NCBI RefSeq assembly: GCF_000219355.1
Contig: NC_015722.1
Coordinates: 660,001 to 692,000, forward strand
Reading direction: 5' to 3'
Source of the DNA: Candidatus Midichloria mitochondrii IricVA
GTDB lineage: Bacteria > Pseudomonadota > Alphaproteobacteria > Rickettsiales > Midichloriaceae
Length of the DNA: 32,000 bases
Positions 1 to 8,299 of this stretch are shown here, one piece after another. Position 1 is the stretch's first letter. Every line of letters begins with the position of its first letter. Position numbers and translations under genes: made by a program. The notes under the pieces are model-generated. The model saw nothing but the letters and a program-made list of their open reading frames with translations, did no database searches and was not told the DNA's origin.

Positions 1-468
1 ATGTTTTGAATATGACTGTTGATGAGACAGCAGGATTTTTTTCAAATGTTCCATTAATTTTAGAAAAGGTAATGGCTTTAAAAGAAGTTGGTCTGGGATA
101 CATGAAAATTGGGCAATCCGCAACTACTCTCTCGGGCGGGGAAGCGCAGAGAATTAAGTTAGCGAAAGAACTTTCTAAAAAAATCAACCGGCCGTACTCT
201 TTATATACTTGATGAACCAACAACTGGGTTGCATATGCATGATATCCAAAAATTATTAGTTGTGCTACACAAATTAGTAGACGCAGAGAATACTGTAGTG
301 GTAATTGAACACAATTTAGATGTTGTTAAAACTGCTGATTATGTTGTAGATATAGGGCCAGAAGGAGGCAGTAAAGGTGGTGCTGTGGTTGTAACCGGAA
401 CTCCTGAGGAAATAATTTCAAGTAAAGAAAGTATAACTGGTAAGTATTTGAAGCCGCTCCTAATATAA
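1..468 (+). pseudogene. uvrA: Excinuclease ABC subunit A (UvrA), C-terminal part, entering from the left edge. The frame is broken by a 1-nt frameshift in an A7 run at 177-183.
   Basis: ORFs 6-212 and 229-468 together give the UvrA C-terminal ABC module: [24 protein letters not shown], then in the next frame [49 protein letters not shown]. With A6 instead of A7 at 177-183 the two parts join seamlessly. Confidence 0.85.
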
Positions 469-564
469 ATATATTTTTATATTTGCAAAGAAATACTTAA
501 AATGTAAAAATTTGTTATGGACTTTTTATAGCCCTATTGCTATAAGGTTCGTGACAATTTAAGT

Positions 565-639
565 TCCCCGGTAGCTCAGCGGTAGAGCAAGCGGCTGTTA
601 ACCGCTTGGTCGCTGGTTCGAGTCCAGCCCGGGGAGCCA
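565..639 (+). tRNA. tRNA-Asn (anticodon GTT), with CCA encoded
   Basis: Acceptor stem is TCCCCGG/CCGGGGA and the D arm is GCTC-AGCGGTA-GAGC. Anticodon stem-loop is AGCGG-CTGTTAA-CCGCT. The T arm is GGTTCGAGTCC and the 3' end is GCCA. Confidence 0.9.
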
Positions 640-659
640 CCTTTTTTTATCTGTGCCGT

Positions 660-1250
660 ATGCTTTTTATAGTAAAAGATGTGGTGAGCGCCTTGTCTAG
701 GGCTGAGCCGGTTGTTTTACCTACAGATACGCTTTTTGCTTTATCGGTCGATGCAACTTCAGAGAAAGCTGTGTCAAATTTATTTGAGATTAAGAGCCGA
801 AAGTTAGAAAAAGCTCTCCCTGTCTTTGTTAGCTCATTCGAACAAGCTGAAAGGTTTTTTGAGTTTAATGATTTAGCAATGAAATTAGCAAAGAAATTCT
901 GGTCTGGACCTTTAACCTTGATTTTGAAGTTAAAAGGCAAACTAGCAAAAAATTTGTCCATATCCGAAAAAATTGCAGTGAGGATGCCTAGCAGTTCTTT
1001 GATTATGGAAATAATTAATAACTTTGGAAAACCAATTACGGGAACGAGTGCTAATCCATCGGGTAATAATGATATTTTCGATTATCAGGAGTTATTACTA
1101 ACTTTTAAAGATAAAGTGCCAATTATTGTGAATGGAGAGATACAGAAAAATGCCAAGCCTTCAACGGTTATAGATTGCTCAAATAATACTGTACAATTTT
1201 TAAGAGTTGGTGGTATAAGTGAGGATAGCATATTACGCCTAATCTCATGA
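660..1250 (+). CDS. tsaC: L-threonylcarbamoyladenylate synthase (YrdC/Sua5/TsaC family)
   Basis: YrdC-domain motifs are present: VVLPTDTLFAL, FEIKSRKLEKALPV, FWSGPLTLIL, AVRMPSS, TGTSANPSG and KPSTVID. I moved the start to the ATG at 660 because the tracked ORF start at 606 lies inside tRNA-Asn. Confidence 0.8.
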   Translation: MLFIVKDVVSALSRAEPVVLPTDTLFALSVDATSEKAVSNLFEIKSRKLEKALPVFVSSFEQAERFFEFNDLAMKLAKKFWSGPLTLILKLKGKLAKNLSISEKIAVRMPSSSLIMEIINNFGKPITGTSANPSGNNDIFDYQELLLTFKDKVPIIVNGEIQKNAKPSTVIDCSNNTVQFLRVGGISEDSILRLIS

Positions 1251-1411
1251 TTATGAAAAAGATAAGTATGTTTATTAGGACGCGCTAAAAAACCCTTCGG
1301 CGCCAATAGAGAATTGTGTAGTGAGCAAAAGAAATAATTTTTTCTGGAAATGGGTTCCCTGCAGCCAGCAAAACAAGTTGTTTTGATTCGATAAATAGAG
1401 AAGATCGGCGT

Positions 1412-2216
1412 TTGTTTATTGCCACTTCAATGTTCGAAACTGACAAAATTACTGGCCACGCTGCAAATTGTCTTAATGAGTGTTTTGATATTGTTCCTGT
1501 GCCTGATCCCTATCAACAAGCAGGGGTAACAAAACCTATATTTTACCTGCCTCTTTTGGTCAACTTAGATGAGTTTTTGAGGGCGCCAATAAAAGTTAAG
1601 GCCAAATAAAGTTTTTACTTTTGGATATTTTTCCTCATTAGAGAACCGAAAAGAACAAGATAATCTAATTCAAGCTTTTAAGATAGTTTAATCTAAAAGA
1701 CCCGATATGCTCTATTCATTTCAGCAAGGCATGCAACTACTAGCTTATACAAGAATATAATGCGCTTTGTAGCTGAGAATAAGTTAAACAATGTTAAGGT
1801 TGAGATAAAAAACAAGGATAATGAGGAACATTTAGCTGATTTTCAGAAAATAGATGCGTACGTAAGCCCTTCAAGAGGCGGAGGATTTTCAATTATTCCA
1901 AGAAAAAGTTTGGCACTTGGTGTTCCGACGATTATAACGGATAAATACAGCGCAGAAAACTATATGTAACTCTCGTCTAGTTAGTTGTGTAGAGTCATAT
2001 AAAAATAAAAAGGCAAATTATGAGTCTATGCCTAATGATGACTGGGGTAATTACTATGACTTTAGGGTAGAGAATCTAGCTCAAGCCATGATAGGTATGT
2101 GTGACCATTATGACAGGTAGTTAAGAAAAGCTCAAAAGATGAGAGAATGGTATGCACAGTACAATATTAATGTTTTAGAGGGGTTATATTTAAATTTTAT
2201 CAATCCTAAAAAATAA
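1412..2216 (+). pseudogene. Family-1 (GT4-like) glycosyltransferase, degraded by multiple stops and frameshifts
   Basis: Fragments in different frames carry GT1 signatures: FE..DIVPVPDPYQQAGVTKPIFYLP; EPKRTR..NLIQAFKIV; DAYVSPSRGGGFSIIPRKSLALGVPTIITD; VENLAQAMIGMCDHYDR. No intact ORF exceeds 70 aa. Confidence 0.65.
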
Positions 2217-2615
2217 TTTTAGGTAATAAAAATGAAATTACTACTGATTATTTAATGACCAAAGATGTAGAGTTATACAAGAAGCTTCTGCGGTTAAAAA
2301 ATAGGATAATTATTTGTGTACCGAAGGTTTCTACTCTCTTGAAGAGCAACCAAAGAAGGGAGCGGATGATTAGGTAAATCGGTATCTTGATATTGCCATT
2401 ACGAGCTATAGTAAAAAAGCTTTAAGTGATTATTGACATATATTGTTAATAGGTATACTCTTTACTTGGGGAGACTGCATATAACAGAGATAACTCAGCA
2501 AAGCATTATCTCCTTAGCAGCCTTCTTAAAGAATTAACCCGGTCATTTATAATGATTTATGCCCTTGTTGTGGAGTCTTTTTACGATAGACGGTATATTT
2601 GAGCTTTCATCTATG

Positions 2616-3117
2616 TTAACCCCAGTTTGAGGTAAGTTTAAGGAAATTATCTGATATGGTCTTAAAGAAGCTGTGTAACCATTAAGTTTCTCTCAATTTC
2701 ACGATAAATAAGAAAAGTGGTTCCTCTAGTAGAAATATTTTGTTTGATTGATGATTTTTGCAAGCGACAACTCACGTACCAAAGAGATCCTTAAGAAACT
2801 CGCAGATACAAAGGAAACGAGAGTCTAGGATGATGCTTTCCGAAGTTATAACGATCCTCGTTTTGCTTCATTTGAGGGCATCACCGGATTCAAAGATTCT
2901 TACCTAAACTGTGTTCAAACCTCTCTCAGAGAGGAATTGCCGAAGCTTATCAGCTACAATCGCTTTGTTGAGCTGATTGCAAGACGCAGTCATCACGTTG
3001 GTCATTCTGCCGAATTGCTGCAAAGGCCGTTCACGCTGACTTCGGGTAAATACAGACGATCGAGCCGTTGTCGAAAAACTGACTCAATATTTGACGGGCC
3101 TTCTATTCGGAGATCGC
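2616..3117 (+). mobile_element. IS982-family element, copy A: left inverted repeat present, internally deleted and 3'-truncated, transposase frame destroyed
   Basis: It starts with the terminal repeat TTAACCCCAGTTTGAGGTAAG. It aligns by eye with copy C (22919-23865) through ..GGCCTTCTATTCGGAGATCG. About 150 bp after ..GAATTGCTG(C/T)AAAGG are missing, as is everything 3' of 3117. Confidence 0.8.
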
Positions 3118-3236
3118 TCCTTTATCGGTATTTGCAGGTTTATCAGGGCTACTGTCCTCGTTAACTTTCAACCTTATCGTTTTTAGGCGCTCCTTCTCCC
3201 CCTCCAGGACCTCCTACATTACTTGGCCCACCCGAA

Positions 3237-5336
3237 CTACCAGAACCCCCCGCCGCCCCCTTTACTTATCCACTTGTCTGGAGTATCAAAAGCTTGGGCT
3301 ACGCCGTCCCCTCTTCCTTCACCAACACCTTCGTCAAACTTAGCCAACATTCGTTTAGCCATATCAGCTCCTCTGTTTACAGTATCAACCACTTTAGCAG
3401 TTACTCCTCCATCAACATGAGCAATTGCGGCCATCGCTCCTTGATATGCTGCGGCTTTAGCTTGGCGAAGCTTAACTGCCACAAAACTATTTCTATACTG
3501 GTTAAGACCAGAGGCATACATCTCTTTTGTCGGCATTCTCCCTTGTCCTATTATAATATCAGCCATTTCAGGAGTTTTTTCCATTATTGAGAAAAACACT
3601 ATGGACATCAGCAAAAATGCGAAGAAATTAATAGCATTAATAGAACTGAGGAGCTCCGATGCAGACTGCGGGTACCAAAACTTTAAGTCTACGATAGTTA
3701 AGCCAAGAATTTCCAACTTCCAAACAGTTTGCCAACATACTCTAAAGAAGAGTAGAGCCTGTATTTGTCCAAAAATTAATTTTACCATTAAGCCAATACT
3801 AGTGGCTAGCATGATATATAATATACCTGTAGAAACAACTTGTTTAATCCACATATCGAATAACTCTTTCGTAATTTGGAAGAGCAACATCACGATGAAT
3901 ATAGGGGCCACAATTAGCAACAAAGCAAATTGTATAAGCATTAATAAATAAAGAACCAACGACTTGAGCATCGATACAATTATAAGATAAAATCCAACAT
4001 AAATGCATGGAATCCAATATAATTTCCACTCGTAAAACATTAATGACCAAGTTTTTGCATGTACTGGTATCTTAGTTAGTATTTTTAACAAAACATCATA
4101 AATAGTTAAGGGAGAAGCCTTATCAGGTAGGTAGTATATGGGAGAATTAGGGTTACCATCATAATATAAAGTGGCTCTAATAATCATGTCCGCTATATCT
4201 CTTGCTCCATCTCTGCACAGGCTAAATAAATATGTATTAAAAAAGTTCCAGCTTTGATCAGAGATAAGAGTTGCAACAATTGAAAACTTAAATAATCGTA
4301 CTATCAGCTCCCTTTGACTCACTTTAATGGTGCCCAGAGCAAACATCACCCCTGTTATTACTATGTATAACAATAAAAACGCCCTTATTATTGTGATAAG
4401 CTTGAGGTTATGAACTATATTCTCATAAAGGGACTTGTTAACTCTGTCTATTTGCTTGTTAAACATATTAATAGTTCTTTCTATGAAGCCTTTTTCCGTA
4501 TAGACTCCATTAGTTACTGTAACATTGTAAACCCCAGAGTTGTCTTGGTAATAACCATCTTGGATTTTAAAAAACAATCTTCCTCTTACTATGTATTCCC
4601 CCCCTTCCTTATGCACATCCTTAACACAGACGCTTTCATCGCAGTACTGTGTTGCGTCTAGCTCAAAATAATATTCATACTCTGGCTCTTCATCGAAAGC
4701 AGAAGAGTTGATCCTTGCTCCTTTGACGGTAGGTGCTACCCTAAAAGTTCTAAAAAGGCTTTTGGGTAAATTAATCGCTGCACTTAAGTCATTTGGGTTG
4801 TAATAGCTCTTTCCCCCAGAATCCGCCATAGCAATTAATCCATATAAGCCCCAACCGTTCTTTAAGGTGCAAGGCAATTTATCAATATCGCTATTTACGA
4901 CTTTTCCGCCTGGCAAACAAATCCTATCTTGCTTTTTGGTCGGACTACAATCTAATAATTCGCACTCGTTAACGTCCAATCCTTCTATATCTCCCCATGG
5001 GCTCCAACTGCCAGTAATCGTTAATTTCAACCTATTTTGGGTTGGGTTTTTAGGGTCTGGCGGATTGCCAAGAGTATATAGTCCGCTATCAATCCAAGGG
5101 GCAATTTGCTGTTTTTTTGGATTAACACGTAACAGTTTGGTAACCCCTTGAGTAGTAATACCTTCATCAGGATTAGCGGGTACTGTAATTGAGCCTCCCA
5201 ACCCGAAATCATCTGCTGCGATACATGCTCCTCCACCAGCAGCTGACGCTATTAGGATTAATTTATAGCTTATAGCTAAGATAAAAAAAATAGTTCTGAA
5301 GGCTGATAAGGATAACTTATAAAGATTATGATTCAT
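3237..5336 (-). CDS. virB6: VirB6/TrbL-family T4SS inner-membrane protein, paralog 3. It has a signal peptide, a soluble N-terminal domain of about 330 aa and a polytopic domain. The C-terminus is possibly truncated by a frameshift, with the alternative end at 3161.
   Basis: There is a signal-like N-terminus and multiple TM helices. The conserved block LLFQITKELFDMWIKQVV is shared with the other two paralogs. The block RAFLLLYIVITGVMFALG..QRELIVRLFKFSIVATLISDQSWNFFNTYLF closely parallels paralog 2. A strong SD (GGAGGGAG) precedes the ATG at 5336. Confidence 0.85.
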   Translation of the reverse strand: MNHNLYKLSLSAFRTIFFILAISYKLILIASAAGGGACIAADDFGLGGSITVPANPDEGITTQGVTKLLRVNPKKQQIAPWIDSGLYTLGNPPDPKNPTQNRLKLTITGSWSPWGDIEGLDVNECELLDCSPTKKQDRICLPGGKVVNSDIDKLPCTLKNGWGLYGLIAMADSGGKSYYNPNDLSAAINLPKSLFRTFRVAPTVKGARINSSAFDEEPEYEYYFELDATQYCDESVCVKDVHKEGGEYIVRGRLFFKIQDGYYQDNSGVYNVTVTNGVYTEKGFIERTINMFNKQIDRVNKSLYENIVHNLKLITIIRAFLLLYIVITGVMFALGTIKVSQRELIVRLFKFSIVATLISDQSWNFFNTYLFSLCRDGARDIADMIIRATLYYDGNPNSPIYYLPDKASPLTIYDVLLKILTKIPVHAKTWSLMFYEWKLYWIPCIYVGFYLIIVSMLKSLVLYLLMLIQFALLLIVAPIFIVMLLFQITKELFDMWIKQVVSTGILYIMLATSIGLMVKLIFGQIQALLFFRVCWQTVWKLEILGLTIVDLKFWYPQSASELLSSINAINFFAFLLMSIVFFSIMEKTPEMADIIIGQGRMPTKEMYASGLNQYRNSFVAVKLRQAKAAAYQGAMAAIAHVDGGVTAKVVDTVNRGADMAKRMLAKFDEGVGEGRGDGVAQAFDTPDKWISKGGGGGFW

Positions 5337-5353
5337 TATCTCCCTCCCTCTAT

Positions 5354-6817
5354 TTACTCAATACCACTATTATTCGAATCGCGATCTGATCCTTTAGACT
5401 GTTCTTGAGTGTTCTCTTCCTCTTTCCTATTATTAGCATTAATATCGTCCAGCCTTAAATTTTCACCGAATGGAGCTCTTCTTGCTTTATCATACTGCCC
5501 ACCCACACGATCCTTGCCGCCTCTACCACTTGCGCGCGCGCCCGCTCTTCCAGCCCCTGCTGAGCCACCCCTAGGCGATCCAAAAGCTGATAACAAAGCA
5601 TTGACAGGATTAGCATTAGCTGCAGCTTCGGAAAGATTTAACCCCATAAAGCTTGATGTTACTATCATATTGGCAAGGGAAGAAGAAAAATTACAGAAAA
5701 CATACATCGCCTGCCCTATAATCAAGAAAAAGATAGCGCTTGCTAAAGAATTAATTGGAATCCCAAAAGAATCAGTTGGTGGATGGTGAGCACTTGCCAA
5801 GCTCATGTATCCAGGAATTAAACAGACATCAAAGCCTAAAATAGAAAAACCTAATATGCATACTTTACAAGCCGTAAATCCTAAAGTCACATATAATGCT
5901 GTCATTAATAGGGTATTTAAAAATGCAACAGCCGTAATGACAAACACTGGTTGTAACGCAAATGATAGCATTTGTTTAAACCAAGAATCAAAAAACTGCT
6001 TTGTAAAAGGAAATAATATAAAACAAATAAATATAGGGCCTACTAAGAAAAGGATACCTAAAGATATGATAGATACTAAATACAACATTAAAACTTTTGC
6101 AATACAAATTGCATACATCCCAATTGCAAATATGATCACTATTGCAATTAAAAAACCGAACAAATTAGCACATATTAGAGATGCTATTTTTACCCACACT
6201 TGAGCGCTAAATAATTGTTTAAATGGCGCGTCAAATACAGAAAATATAATCGAAGGATTATTAAAGAATTCTTGCTCATTAAATTGCATAGAACCATTCA
6301 TTGAGCTGGCTATTCTCACGATTAATTCCAACGAGCCAACAGTAAACAAATTAAATAAGTAATTGTTGAAAAAATCCCAACTTCTATCAGAAATCAATAC
6401 AGTAACTATACTTATTTTTGCTATTCTAATTATGGCCTCTTTTTGAGTCGTCTGCGCAAGTCCAGTAATAAAACTAATACCAGTAAATGCTATATAAAGA
6501 ACTAACAAAGCTCTAACAGCAGTAATAAAATTAGTATCTGTAACAAAGTGCTTAAACGTTTTTGGCACAATACCATTTCTAGGATTATTTGGGTCATCTT
6601 TAAATAAGTAATCAACTATTTCTTGTAGAATCTCAGCTAAACTCCCAGAAACTGGTGCTGCTTCCACTTCTTTTTCTACAGCAATATAATACTCACCAGT
6701 TGTGTTATAGGCTGCATATTTTGCCGGATTAGTAATATTATTCAAAGTACTTTGACAAGGCATCGGGAATAACCTTGGGCACGTTGGCTCTAACCCCTTA
6801 CTATAGTCCAGGTCCAA
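5354..6817 (-). CDS. virB6: VirB6/TrbL-family T4SS protein, paralog 2, membrane and C-terminal portion. It is in frame with ORF 6827-8293 across a single TAG.
   Basis: It carries RALLVLYIAFTGISFITG..KEAIIRIAKISIVTVLISDRSWDFFNNYLF and ILFPFTKQFFDSWFKQML, plus a Gly/Arg-rich tail. The tracked start is a TTG with no SD, and there is no signal peptide. Confidence 0.8.
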   Translation of the reverse strand: MDLDYSKGLEPTCPRLFPMPCQSTLNNITNPAKYAAYNTTGEYYIAVEKEVEAAPVSGSLAEILQEIVDYLFKDDPNNPRNGIVPKTFKHFVTDTNFITAVRALLVLYIAFTGISFITGLAQTTQKEAIIRIAKISIVTVLISDRSWDFFNNYLFNLFTVGSLELIVRIASSMNGSMQFNEQEFFNNPSIIFSVFDAPFKQLFSAQVWVKIASLICANLFGFLIAIVIIFAIGMYAICIAKVLMLYLVSIISLGILFLVGPIFICFILFPFTKQFFDSWFKQMLSFALQPVFVITAVAFLNTLLMTALYVTLGFTACKVCILGFSILGFDVCLIPGYMSLASAHHPPTDSFGIPINSLASAIFFLIIGQAMYVFCNFSSSLANMIVTSSFMGLNLSEAAANANPVNALLSAFGSPRGGSAGAGRAGARASGRGGKDRVGGQYDKARRAPFGENLRLDDINANNRKEEENTQEQSKGSDRDSNNSGIE

Positions 6818-6826
6818 TCTTTTATT

Positions 6827-8293
6827 CTAAAAACACGTTACCTTTTCCTTTCCAACAGCTGGAAAAAAATCTGATTTTATATCAACATCTTGCCAGTCTA
6901 TGTTGGGTGAATCTGGTAAATATTCTCCGGAGCTGTTCACGGGAATTATTGCATATTGCAGCCTCTCGCCTGAGCGAAAATTACAACCACGCCATTTTAT
7001 TGTGACATCTATCCCTCCTAAGTTATCAGCATAGTCAGTGGTGCTCCCCATGCCAACTGGCACATTAGGGTTGTCATAATGCCTTAATGCCAATCTAATA
7101 TACTTATCCGAAAACCCTTGCAGAACCCCAGAAAATGATAACATTCTTACCCTCTCTTTGCTCCGCTTAGTTGGATTATCAGATTCTGTGGGATCTGTAA
7201 TCCATGACAGTATAGACATTCCAAGAGAGCTGCCATAATCGCTTTCAAAAGTTGTAATATTATAGTCACTCGATAATGGCCTAGTTTCTGACCAGATACG
7301 TCCCTTCAGTCCATACCAATCCAGGGCATTATTGGCGTTATTTACTGCCTCAATATTACTATAATCAATTGAGGTTGGTATCCCATCTTTATCTCTACTT
7401 AATATATTGATTTCGGCTAACTTAAACTGAGATCCTGTCAACTCTATAGATTTCCAATTGCCAAAAAAACTGCCACCAAAAGCTTCCGGTTTCCAAACTT
7501 GTAGGCTTTGATTAAAAGGAGAACTGTACCCTATTGAATAAGGTTGAAACATATAATTACCGCCATATCGTAGCTCCAGATAATCTCCATCTTTGATATC
7601 TATTTCAGTATCAGTCCAATAATAGTTTCTTGCATGCCAATTCTCTTTATCATTTGTGATTTTTCCGTTAACTGTAGCACCATCAGGCCATTTGCTTTTG
7701 AGCATAGAGTTCCACACCGGAGTCAATTTCATTGTCTTAAAGCCACAAAGATATATAGAGCTACCAATTTCACTTTGCCCACTCTCATCCAGCATCTTGA
7801 TTCTGATCTTTTGATTCTTAGTGGGATCAATTACTAGATCAGATTGATAATAATTATAATTTGCACTTGAAATCCCACTAGTACCACAAGCCGCCTTTGT
7901 AGTAATTTCATCTTTCCAAACTACGTTGTGATTTTCATCATAATCTCTGTACTTGCTTTTAAAAAAATCGCCCTTTTGACAAGCTGCAATACAAGAATCT
8001 ATGATGTCAGCATTCAAATCATCACCAACCCCATTGATTGCACTATTATAAGCATCTTTATCCTTCCTGAGATCGGCATCATTTTTACCGCGCGCAAAAG
8101 AGTTACACTCATTTTGACATCTCTTATAGCATATCTGACCGATAGGCCTAACTATAACTAATTTTCGATCTTCGTCGCCGAACTCCCAACTATATACGCA
8201 ATCAGAATATAGCGCGGCATTGGCATTCGTATAGAAAATGCTTAACAACGTAAGGATAAAAAGGGTGATAAATGACGAATTGAGATGAAGCAT
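6827..8293 (-). CDS. Secreted Cys-rich soluble protein, probably the detached N-terminal periplasmic domain of VirB6 paralog 2
   Basis: Signal peptide is MLHLNSSFITLFILTLLSIFYTNANA, and no further TM segment follows. Several Cys clusters are present (CYKRCQNECNSF, DSCIAACQKG). It ends at a TAG 9 nt upstream of, and in frame with, ORF 5354-6817, and it sits inside the virB operon. Confidence 0.7.
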   Translation of the reverse strand: MLHLNSSFITLFILTLLSIFYTNANAALYSDCVYSWEFGDEDRKLVIVRPIGQICYKRCQNECNSFARGKNDADLRKDKDAYNSAINGVGDDLNADIIDSCIAACQKGDFFKSKYRDYDENHNVVWKDEITTKAACGTSGISSANYNYYQSDLVIDPTKNQKIRIKMLDESGQSEIGSSIYLCGFKTMKLTPVWNSMLKSKWPDGATVNGKITNDKENWHARNYYWTDTEIDIKDGDYLELRYGGNYMFQPYSIGYSSPFNQSLQVWKPEAFGGSFFGNWKSIELTGSQFKLAEINILSRDKDGIPTSIDYSNIEAVNNANNALDWYGLKGRIWSETRPLSSDYNITTFESDYGSSLGMSILSWITDPTESDNPTKRSKERVRMLSFSGVLQGFSDKYIRLALRHYDNPNVPVGMGSTTDYADNLGGIDVTIKWRGCNFRSGERLQYAIIPVNSSGEYLPDSPNIDWQDVDIKSDFFPAVGKEKVTCF

Positions 8294-8299
8294 AATCTA

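Noticed and set aside
606-659. The N-terminal 18 codons of tracked ORF 606-1250.
   Set aside because: They overlap the 3' half of tRNA-Asn. The family-typical N-terminus begins at the ATG at 660.
2435-2530. A sigma70-like TTGACA-15 nt-TATACT followed by a GAGATAA..TTATCTC hairpin, possibly a small RNA.
   Set aside because: The spacer is short (15 nt), and the hairpin has only a 7-bp AT-rich stem with a 12-nt loop. The region lies in pseudogene debris next to an IS end, so the evidence is insufficient.
3223-6203. Plus-strand ORFs inside the virB6 genes: 3223-3420, 3294-3590, 3601-3951, 4410-4661, 4867-5151, 5409-5789 and 5805-6203.
   Set aside because: They are antisense shadows of long, well-supported minus-strand genes. 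Their products are low-complexity (Pro/Ser/Leu-rich mirrors of Gly-rich tails or of TM segments), and they have no SD or family motifs.
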